A program made the translations under genes and the position numbers. 64,000 nt of DNA from Candidatus Udaeobacter sp. (GTDB taxonomy: Bacteria > Patescibacteriota > Patescibacteriia > Magasanikbacterales > GWA2-37-8), in contig DATION010000002.1 of assembly GCA_035473115.1 (NCBI GenBank), positions 9,469 to 73,468 on the forward strand, written 5' to 3'. The stretch's first letter is position 1. Each line of letters starts with the position of its first letter. The notes beneath the pieces are model-generated. The model ran no database searches, was not told the origin of the DNA, and was given only the letters and a program-made list of their open reading frames with translations. Positions 54,959 through 62,977 of this stretch are shown one piece after another.

Positions 54959-57106
54959 ATGTTTTATCAGTTTTTTTACAGTAAAATAGCACCAACTGTA
55001 GCTCTATCAGCTTTAGGGTATTTATTTTTTAGTGTTTGGCATAGCTGGATTTTTGGATCAATAGTTTTAGTTTTATATTTCTTGTTTGTTTCTGCCGGAA
55101 CTCAAAAAGTACTTATAAATTATTTTGATTTTGTAAAATCTTTCCAAACCAGAGTTTTAGCTATTTTTTTTAGTTTAGTTACCTTTGGTTGGTTTTTGGG
55201 ATTCTTTATTTTTTTAAATTATTTTAATGGCTTATCCGTATTTTTAGCCTTTTTTCTTAACGCTTTAGTTTGGTCTTTGGTTAAAGCCAATAATATTACC
55301 AGCTTGGAAAATAAAATAGAGGATAAAGATGAAATTTCGCCCCTATCTTGGTATGAAAAAGTTGGTGTTTTGTTTTATTTTTTGTTAATTATTTACGGAT
55401 TTTATCTTTTAATAAAATCCAAAACCGGCGGCGCTATTTATTCTCCCTGGCAAGCGATTGACTCAAGTTATGTTTGGGTTTTTTTGTTAGTTATTTTTTT
55501 ATCTGGAATGCTGATTTTGTTTTCTAAATTTTCGTTAAAAATTTTATTGTTTTTTGTCATAGCTAATTCATTTTTGCTGCATAGCTATCTGCCTTTGACT
55601 CATGAATTATTTTATGGCGCCGATGGTTGGCGGCACATGGCCACGGAACAAAGATTAATGGATGGCAAACAATTTTTACAAGTCGAGCTTGCAGGTTCAA
55701 ATAATCGGGCCAGTCGTCAGTCATTGATTTCTAATTTACAAGCAAAGGTCGGTGTTTTGTCTTATGCCAATTTTTGGGGTACAAATGTAATTATAGGAAA
55801 AATATTGCAAGTTAATTTGATTTCCTTAACCAAATGGTTTTTACCAATACTCTGGTCTATAATTTTTACAATTTTGCTGTACGAAATTGGCTTGGCTCTA
55901 GGTTGGTCTGCAAAAAATTCTTTGCTTTTAGCTTGGGGCGGTATGTGGCCGTTTGCGTTGCAAGCAGGCGGATCTTTTTCTCTGCCCGTTAATTTTGGTT
56001 TTTTGATTTTTATTTTATTTGTCCTTTTATTTTTAAAAAAGTTTCGCCAGCCTAACATTAAACAGAAAAATATTTTATTAGCATTAGGTTTTGGTTCAGC
56101 ATTTGGTTATCTATTATTTTTTATTCTCTATTGGTTAGGCTGGGGGATAACAGCTATATTAAAGAACGGTAAAAAAATAATTATTATTCCCGGTTTAATT
56201 TTTGCGTCCGCAGCCCTGCCAATTTTAGAATTAGCAGGAAAATTTAGTTTTATTGATCGTAAAATAAATATTTTAACGCAAATAAAACAGTTTGTCGGTA
56301 ATATTTTTGCTGTTTATTTAGCCAGCGGACCTAGGCCGCACGATATTGCTGGCGGTAATATTTTATTTAATCAAGTAACTTTATCAATTTTTACGCCAAA
56401 TTTTCTGACGCAATTTAGATGGTGGCTGCCAGTTTTGGTTTTAGCAACTTTTATTATTGTTATCTTAGGAGTAAAGAAAAATTTAAAAGATTTAAACTAT
56501 CAATTTATTTTGGCTTTTGCGACAGTTTTGTTTGTCGGTTATTTTTTATCTTTTTATTTACTAACCGGAGAGCATCTGTTTTCTCGCCGGCTTGATACGG
56601 TTTTGGCTTGTCTGTTTTTAATTTTACTTTTTTACGGATTAAGTAATTTTTTTGATAAAAAATATATTGCTGGCTTGACTGTAATAGTTTTATCACTGGC
56701 TATTACCGCTTCCTATACTCTTGGTCCAGATACTTTTACTGTAAAATCAAATGAGTTGGAGGCTATGAATTATGTTTGGTCCAAAGAGGAGATTTATAAT
56801 ACCCACTGTGTTTTAGCTGATGTATATCCATTACTGGCTTTAGAAGCTGTTTCTAAAAAAGAAATTGTCGGCGGCGGGTTTCCCATAGACGCTAATTTTG
56901 CTCAACCCGAAAGAGTAAAGTTGTATGAACAGATGAAATTGACTATCAATGATAATTTATTAAGAACCACAGCGACTTTAACAAAAACTGATCATTGCTG
57001 GTTGGTCGGAGAAACCGGAAATTTTTACCGACAAGGCGTTTTAAATTATGGAGATTATAAAATATTTGGTGATGTCGCTGCGGTACGATATAATACAAAA
57101 TATTAA
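54959..57106 (+). CDS. Large polytopic membrane protein (possible GT-C-like glycosyltransferase/polymerase), function unknown
   Basis: More than 12 TM helices. Start moved to the ATG after the promoter; the ORF-track start 54881 would include the promoter. Confidence 0.55.
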   Translation: MFYQFFYSKIAPTVALSALGYLFFSVWHSWIFGSIVLVLYFLFVSAGTQKVLINYFDFVKSFQTRVLAIFFSLVTFGWFLGFFIFLNYFNGLSVFLAFFLNALVWSLVKANNITSLENKIEDKDEISPLSWYEKVGVLFYFLLIIYGFYLLIKSKTGGAIYSPWQAIDSSYVWVFLLVIFLSGMLILFSKFSLKILLFFVIANSFLLHSYLPLTHELFYGADGWRHMATEQRLMDGKQFLQVELAGSNNRASRQSLISNLQAKVGVLSYANFWGTNVIIGKILQVNLISLTKWFLPILWSIIFTILLYEIGLALGWSAKNSLLLAWGGMWPFALQAGGSFSLPVNFGFLIFILFVLLFLKKFRQPNIKQKNILLALGFGSAFGYLLFFILYWLGWGITAILKNGKKIIIIPGLIFASAALPILELAGKFSFIDRKINILTQIKQFVGNIFAVYLASGPRPHDIAGGNILFNQVTLSIFTPNFLTQFRWWLPVLVLATFIIVILGVKKNLKDLNYQFILAFATVLFVGYFLSFYLLTGEHLFSRRLDTVLACLFLILLFYGLSNFFDKKYIAGLTVIVLSLAITASYTLGPDTFTVKSNELEAMNYVWSKEEIYNTHCVLADVYPLLALEAVSKKEIVGGGFPIDANFAQPERVKLYEQMKLTINDNLLRTTATLTKTDHCWLVGETGNFYRQGVLNYGDYKIFGDVAAVRYNTKY

Positions 57107-57112
57107 TTTTAA

Positions 57113-57202
57113 CTGTCATTCCGAATCCATTTGTGGGATGAGGAATCTATTCATTAAAGTATAGATCCCTCGTCGCTATGGCTCGCTCGGGATGACAATC
57201 GA
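57113..57202. repeat. Imperfect ~90-bp inverted-repeat element
   Basis: ACTGTCATTCCGA...TCGGGATGACAAT outer arms with an inner GAGGAATCTAT...ATAGATCCCTC pair. Confidence 0.4.
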
Positions 57203-57216
57203 AAATATTAAATTAT

Positions 57217-57618
57217 ATGGATTGTTTGTTCTGTAAAATAATCAACAAAGAAATTCCTAATTACACTGTATGGGAAGATGAAAACGTTTTAGCATTTTTA
57301 GATATTCATCCTTGCGCCAAAGGTCATACGGTGGTGGTGCCAAAAAAACATGCGGCCACACTTTGGGACATGCGCACCGAAGAGTTTGATTTAATGGCGC
57401 ATAGCCTGCGCGCTGCAGCCGGACGAGTGCAAGCTCGTTTAAAACCAGATGGCATGAATATTGGGATAAATAATGATAAAGCTGCCGGTCAAGCTGTTGG
57501 TCATGTTCATTGGCATATTATTCCGCGCTGGCAAGGCGATGGCGGCGGCAGTATGCACTCCATAATCCGTAAAACCGATCTGGAAGACGTAAAAGAAGTG
57601 GCTAAATTATTTATTTAA
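57217..57618 (+). CDS. HIT family hydrolase
   Basis: Histidine triad HVHWHIIPR. Confidence 0.85.
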   Translation: MDCLFCKIINKEIPNYTVWEDENVLAFLDIHPCAKGHTVVVPKKHAATLWDMRTEEFDLMAHSLRAAAGRVQARLKPDGMNIGINNDKAAGQAVGHVHWHIIPRWQGDGGGSMHSIIRKTDLEDVKEVAKLFI

Positions 57619-57620
57619 TT

Positions 57621-58175
57621 ATGTCTATCAAAAAAATTTCTTCGCAAGTTGTTCATAAAAATCCGTGGTGGGAATATAAATGCGATAAAATAGTTCGTTT
57701 AGATGGCACAGAAGGTGAGTATTGCTATACCGAAACGCTTGGCAATGTAATTATTGTGCCAGTTTTGCCTGATGGCCGTTTGGTTTTGGTTAGGCAGTAT
57801 AGATATTTGGCGGACAAAAACAGCGTTGAATTCCCGGGCGGAGGAATTGCTAAAAATGAATCTGCCGAAGATGCGGCACAGAGAGAATTGTTAGAAGAAA
57901 CCGGTTACAGCGCCGATACTTTAACTAACATCGGTATTTTTGAACCTTCGGTAGGCGTAATAAAAGATCTGTCTCATGTTTTTATTACCAATGATTTATT
58001 TTTAGCTCAAGAAGCAAAATCGGATAAATTTGAGAAAACGGAAGTAATTGTCCGGCGAGTGGATGAATTTGAAAATATGATTAAACATGGTGAGATTTGG
58101 GATGGCCAAGTTTTGGCTGCTTGGGCTTTGGTGCGAGATCTGGTGAAAAATAAATTTTCTCAGTCGGCGGAGTAA
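57621..58175 (+). CDS. NUDIX hydrolase
   Basis: Nudix box GGG...AAQRELLEETGY; starts 3 nt after the HIT stop. Confidence 0.8.
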   Translation: MSIKKISSQVVHKNPWWEYKCDKIVRLDGTEGEYCYTETLGNVIIVPVLPDGRLVLVRQYRYLADKNSVEFPGGGIAKNESAEDAAQRELLEETGYSADTLTNIGIFEPSVGVIKDLSHVFITNDLFLAQEAKSDKFEKTEVIVRRVDEFENMIKHGEIWDGQVLAAWALVRDLVKNKFSQSAE

Positions 58176-58229
58176 AAATTAAATTTTCTTCTTTGCTCAT
58201 TCTTCTAAATTGTGTTATTATTTTAGTAT

Positions 58230-60278
58230 ATGGCTTCAGAAGAAAAAGAAAAAAATATTGCTGGCAATCCGGAAATAAACTACTTTGCCATGACTAATTT
58301 TCGCAATAAAAATGCGAAATTTGGCATAAAGTTGGATGACCGTCGCCGGCATTTGTATGTGGTAGGCAAAACCGGAATGGGTAAAACAACCATGTTGGAA
58401 AACATGGTTCTTAATGATATCTATGCCGGTCATGGTGTCGGCGTAGTGGATCCGCACGGGGATTTTGCCGAAAAAATAATTGACTACATTCCGCCAAATC
58501 GTATCAACGACGTTGTCTATTTTAATCCGGCTGACATCGATTATCCGATCGGTTTTAATATTTTAGAAAGTATTGATCCGCGCTATCGCCATTTGGTAGC
58601 CTCGGGCCTGATGGGTGTTTTCAAAAAAATCTGGCCTGATGTTTGGAGTGCGCGCATGGAATACATTTTGAATAATACTCTTTTGGCTTTGCTGGAATTT
58701 CCTAATACAACTCTTTTGGGTATCAATCGTTTGCTCGCCGATGACGCTTATCGCAAACGAGTCATTAAAAATCTTAAAGATCCGGTCATCAGGTCTTTTT
58801 GGGAATCGGAATTTGCGGGCTATAACGATCGGTATAAGCAAGAAGCGGTAGCGCCGGTGCAAAATAAAATCGGTCAGTTTTTGTCCGCTTCGGTTATTCG
58901 CAATATTGTGGCGCAAGTAAAATCACGTATCAATATCCGCGAAATCATGGATACACGTAAAATTTTCATCATGAACTTATCCAAAGGTAGAATCGGTGAA
59001 GACAACTCCCGTTTGCTTGGTGGTATGTTAATTACCAAAATTCAGCTGGCAGCTATGGAAAGAGTAGACACTCCGGAAAAAGAACGCAAAGACTTTTTTC
59101 TTTATGTAGATGAGTTTCAAAACTTTGCCACTGAAAGCTTTTCTAACATTTTGTCCGAAGCCCGTAAATATCGCTTAGACCTGACCATGGCTCATCAATA
59201 TATGGAGCAGCTAGACGAAACAGTTTTGTCGGCGGTAATTGGTAACGTCGGTACGCTAGTAACTTTTAGAGTTGGCTCAACTGATGCCGAAATTTTAGCC
59301 AAAGAATTTGCCCCGACTTTTGTGGAAACTGATTTAGTAAACTTAACTAAATTTCAAATCTATTTAAAATTAATGATCGATGGCGTCGCCTCGCAGCCAT
59401 TTTCCGCCAACACTTTATCGCCGATAAATTTATCAACCAATAGCGCTGAAAAAGTTATTAAAGTTTCCCGCGAGCGTTATGCCACTAGCCGAGATAATAT
59501 TGAAGATAAAATTATGCGCTGGACCGGTATGGAAAGCGGCGGAACCGGTGAAACTGATGAAGATGATGAAGATTTGGATCCAGATGAAAACTACACTGAA
59601 GATGAAGAAGGTATGCCTGTTAAAATTTCTGATACTCCTAAAGTAACAGAAAAGAAACCGGTTGCACCCGCGCCCATAGCTCCAAAACCAGCTCCGGCGC
59701 CCGTTAAAAATAAAATGCCGGTGACAAATAATAACCGTTCATCTTCACCGGCTATTAATTCAACTGCCAAAAGGCCGCCAGCAGATATTAAAGGAGGCAA
59801 GCCGGTTTTATTAGTTGATACTAACCAAAAAGGCATAAGTTTATCACAGGCTGTGCATGCAAATAAAAATCAACAAAAACCGCCTCAGATTACCAAACAG
59901 TCTCCACCGGTTATAGAAAAAAAACAGGAACTTAAACCGGCAGCTTCTAATTTTAACCAAGCAAAACCAACTCCATCTCCATCTCCATCTCCATCTCCAT
60001 CTCCATCGTCAATATCAGCGCAGTCTGCGGTAGCTTCAGTTCAACCAAAAAATATTCCGCAACCAGCCCTTTCTGATAAAAAAGAACTAAATAGTGATAC
60101 TACGCCAATTCCAGTTTCAACTGCTTCTAATCAGCCAGCTGCTCCGCAGGATTCATTACCGCCAGCTGTTAAAGAATTAGAAAAACCAGTAGTGGCAGCT
60201 AGTTTGCCAAATCAGCAGGGTGCCATAGTTGGCGGAAAGATTATGCCAAATAGAATTGTAAAATTAGACGATAAATAA
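58230..60278 (+). CDS. TraD/VirD4/HerA-like (DUF87-type) P-loop ATPase with Pro/Ser-rich C-terminal tail
   Basis: Walker A VVGKTGMGKTTM and Walker B FLYVDEFQNF; no N-terminal TM; the final ~270 aa are low-complexity PAPxP/PSPS. Confidence 0.65.
   Translation: MASEEKEKNIAGNPEINYFAMTNFRNKNAKFGIKLDDRRRHLYVVGKTGMGKTTMLENMVLNDIYAGHGVGVVDPHGDFAEKIIDYIPPNRINDVVYFNPADIDYPIGFNILESIDPRYRHLVASGLMGVFKKIWPDVWSARMEYILNNTLLALLEFPNTTLLGINRLLADDAYRKRVIKNLKDPVIRSFWESEFAGYNDRYKQEAVAPVQNKIGQFLSASVIRNIVAQVKSRINIREIMDTRKIFIMNLSKGRIGEDNSRLLGGMLITKIQLAAMERVDTPEKERKDFFLYVDEFQNFATESFSNILSEARKYRLDLTMAHQYMEQLDETVLSAVIGNVGTLVTFRVGSTDAEILAKEFAPTFVETDLVNLTKFQIYLKLMIDGVASQPFSANTLSPINLSTNSAEKVIKVSRERYATSRDNIEDKIMRWTGMESGGTGETDEDDEDLDPDENYTEDEEGMPVKISDTPKVTEKKPVAPAPIAPKPAPAPVKNKMPVTNNNRSSSPAINSTAKRPPADIKGGKPVLLVDTNQKGISLSQAVHANKNQQKPPQITKQSPPVIEKKQELKPAASNFNQAKPTPSPSPSPSPSPSSISAQSAVASVQPKNIPQPALSDKKELNSDTTPIPVSTASNQPAAPQDSLPPAVKELEKPVVAASLPNQQGAIVGGKIMPNRIVKLDDK
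59973..60008 (+). repeat. (CCATCT)5-CCATCG hexanucleotide tandem repeat encoding (PS)n
   Basis: Perfect tandem copies inside the ATPase tail ORF, in frame. Confidence 0.9.
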
Positions 60279-60311
60279 AACAGGTTGATACATGATTGTT
60301 CCTCGGTAGAG

Positions 60312-60340
60312 TTGACAAAAACATAAATTTGTGATATCAT
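60312..60340 (+). promoter_or_regulatory. Promoter for the zinc-ribbon gene
   Basis: TTGACA, 17-nt spacer, TATCAT. Confidence 0.55.
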
Positions 60341-60482
60341 CTTAACTAATAATTTGGGGTACAGAAGTACCAACTAAGTTCCCAAAATTTTACCCGACCT
60401 TCGTCCAAAACGGCGAAGACAGGGGGTCGAATTTAATAAATTCTCAAAAACCATTTTGGGAACTAGCAGAAGTACAAATTCT

Positions 60483-60794
60483 ATGGCATTCGCAGGAACA
60501 CGGCAAATGTACAATGTGGATCTTACTTGCGCTAAATGCGGTAACCACATTTCTCAATTGCCTTTCGAACCAAAGGGTGATCGTCCAGTTTATTGCTTTG
60601 ATTGCAATAAAGCCTATCGTCAAGACCGACCAGGTAACGATAGAGGAGCTCGCGCCCCAAGACAGATGTATAGCGTAAACGTAACTTGCGCTCAGTGTGG
60701 AACTCAGATTACAGAATTACCTTTCCAACCATCTGGAGACAAGCCGGTTTATTGCCGAGCATGTATGCAGGATCGCAGAAATTCTCAAAATTAA
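60483..60794 (+). CDS. Tandem-duplicated CxxC...CxxC zinc-ribbon protein
   Basis: Two ~43-aa repeats (RQMY.V..TCA.CG..I..LPF.P.GD.PVYC..C); ATG 60483 preferred over the TTG at 60456. Confidence 0.6.
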   Translation: MAFAGTRQMYNVDLTCAKCGNHISQLPFEPKGDRPVYCFDCNKAYRQDRPGNDRGARAPRQMYSVNVTCAQCGTQITELPFQPSGDKPVYCRACMQDRRNSQN

Positions 60795-60805
60795 TTTTCA
60801 AAAAC

Positions 60806-60842
60806 AAAACACCTTCCTTAATCGGAAGGTGTTTTGTTTTTT
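60806..60842 (+). terminator. Intrinsic terminator
   Basis: AAAACACCTTCC-ttaatc-GGAAGGTGTTTT followed by GTTTTTT. Confidence 0.8.
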
Positions 60843-61391
60843 AAAGAATTTTTTTAAAATAAAATAATTTTAATTTCTATTTACGCTTTTTGACCGAGCA
60901 AAAAGCGTAAGAAAAACTCGCCGAGCCAGTGCTCTCCACCGGTACTTCCATCGGCTCATGTCGCTTTGGCTGGCAAAGAGCATAGTCGCATGCCAGCCAA
61001 TAGCCTGACATTTCACCGTGGCAAGTACACGGTGAATCGCAAAGCTCGGATCGACCGTCCATTGTCCGTCGTTGTCAGTTCGGGCGAGCATTGGAAATCT
61101 TGAGGTTTAATTTATAGGTGAATTGGAATGGTCGCTATTATTCCATCTGTAGATGGAATAATAGGACTGGTTGTGCTGTTTGAGCCGACCGTTAGAAACG
61201 GTCGAGCGAGTTCACAACCAGAATGACAATGAATCCTAAATTATCCGAAAGTTTCCACCGCGAGCGATTCTTGGTTACTTCTTTGAAGAAGTAACGGGGG
61301 ATGGTTACAAAAGGTGGATGTTAGGTTTGGGTTAGGAAAAGTTAGTAGTACTTTACTTGAAAAAATCTAAAAAATAGAGTAGTTTAGGTTT

Positions 61392-62471
61392 ATGAAAAAT
61401 AGTCTTAAGAAAAATTCCAAGGAAAAAATTTTAGTTGCCATGAGCGGCGGAGTAGATTCTTCAGTTGCTGCTGCTCTTTTAGTTGCTCAAGGCCACGATG
61501 TTACCGGCGCTTTTATGGTAAATTATGACGAAATTGGCCCAAGCGGAGAATCTTGCTGGGCCGGAGATTACCAAGACGCGCTACGTGTAGCTGCTAAATT
61601 AAACATACCGCTATTGCGTTGGGATTTTGTTAAAGAGTACAAAAAAACCGTTTTGGATTACATGTATGCCGAATATGAAAAAGGCAGAACGCCCAATCCG
61701 GATGTTTTGTGCAATAAGTTTGTGAAGTTTGGCTCTTGGTTAGACAAAGCCAGAGAGTTAGGTTTTACCAAACTGGCTACGGGCCATTATGCGCAAACTA
61801 AAAAAATAAAAAATTCCACAAAATTAATAAAAGCTAAAGATGATAATAAAGACCAAACATATTTTTTGCATCAGCTTAGTCAAGACCAGCTAAAAGATAT
61901 TTTATTTCCCATTGGCGGTTATACAAAGCCGGAAGTGAGAAAACTGGCTAAAAAGTTTGGTTTGCCAAACGCGGACAAAGAAGAAAGTATGGGTATCTGT
62001 TTTATCGGTGAAGTGCCGATGAAAGATTTTTTGTTAAAAAAAATTAAATCCCAAAAAGGAAAAATAGTTCTAAGTACCGGCCAAATCATTGGCGAGCATG
62101 ATGGTTTATCTTTTTATACTATTGGTCAAAGAAATTTGGGTGTAAAAACAGATCAAAATAAACCTCTATATGTGCTTGATAAGAGTTTTGTCAAAAATGA
62201 ATTAGTTGTTGGTTATGAAGATGATCCTTTGTTATATAAAAAAGAGACAGAAATTACAGATGTAAATTGGATAAACGGACAAAAGCCAAAGCTGCCTTTA
62301 ACTTGTGAAGTTCGTTTACGCCATAGACAGCCGTTGCAGAAAGTAAAAGTGGAAGAAAAAAATGGTAAAGTATTTTTAAAATTTTCTAAAGCACAGCGTG
62401 CTGTAACCCCTGGGCAATTTGCAGTACTCTATGCAAAAAATGAATGCTTAGGTGGGGGAATCGTTAAATAA
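61392..62471 (+). CDS. mnmA: tRNA-specific 2-thiouridylase MnmA
   Basis: PP-loop SGGVDSSV with the catalytic Cys region. Confidence 0.9.
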   Translation: MKNSLKKNSKEKILVAMSGGVDSSVAAALLVAQGHDVTGAFMVNYDEIGPSGESCWAGDYQDALRVAAKLNIPLLRWDFVKEYKKTVLDYMYAEYEKGRTPNPDVLCNKFVKFGSWLDKARELGFTKLATGHYAQTKKIKNSTKLIKAKDDNKDQTYFLHQLSQDQLKDILFPIGGYTKPEVRKLAKKFGLPNADKEESMGICFIGEVPMKDFLLKKIKSQKGKIVLSTGQIIGEHDGLSFYTIGQRNLGVKTDQNKPLYVLDKSFVKNELVVGYEDDPLLYKKETEITDVNWINGQKPKLPLTCEVRLRHRQPLQKVKVEEKNGKVFLKFSKAQRAVTPGQFAVLYAKNECLGGGIVK

Positions 62472-62977
62472 AATTAAAAAGACCCGCCTAACAGCTCTAC
62501 CGCTCTTGTACGCCTCACATAAGCGCGAACGGTCTGTCTGTTGGCAGGTCGTAGGTCGGGTGGGCGGCTCTGCGCCCCGGTTTTGTTTTCTTGTGCTTGG
62601 TAGGCTCTTTGTGCTGCACAGCACATTGAGCTTTCTAGCCTAGAGGACAGCTAGATGGGGTTCACTAACCCCATGTGTCTGGAATGACTCGCTCCTTCTT
62701 GCCAATTGCCATCATTTTTCCAGCCACCTTGCACTAGTTTTTTCTCCTTATTATTTTTTGTTTAGCTGGTTTTCGGGCCCATGTTTCCGGTGCGCTCTCT
62801 GGCGCCTTTTTCCGCTTTGGACCCTTTGTGATTGTCGGCTTCCATTCGGTGCCGACCTCAACCGGCGTATGGGGCTTTACTTAGGCCACCGATTACGCAT
62901 TCAGATAGTAGTACTTCTCTTGAATTTTGTCAAGAATAATGTTAAATTATTCACAGTTTAAATTATTAAATATCGTT

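Noticed and set aside
59973-60008. Hexanucleotide repeat as a CRISPR or other non-coding array
   Set aside because: The units are contiguous with no spacers, and they lie in frame inside a long ORF encoding (PS)n.
60880-61340. RNase P RNA or tmRNA in the GC-rich non-coding stretches (also 62480-62975)
   Set aside because: The conserved P4 strings (AGGAAAGTCCGGGC / ACAGAAnCCGGCTTA) were not found on either strand. No tmRNA tag reading frame ending in ..AA-stop and no GGGGGTTCGAATCCCCC-type 3' end were found. The class is left open and not called.
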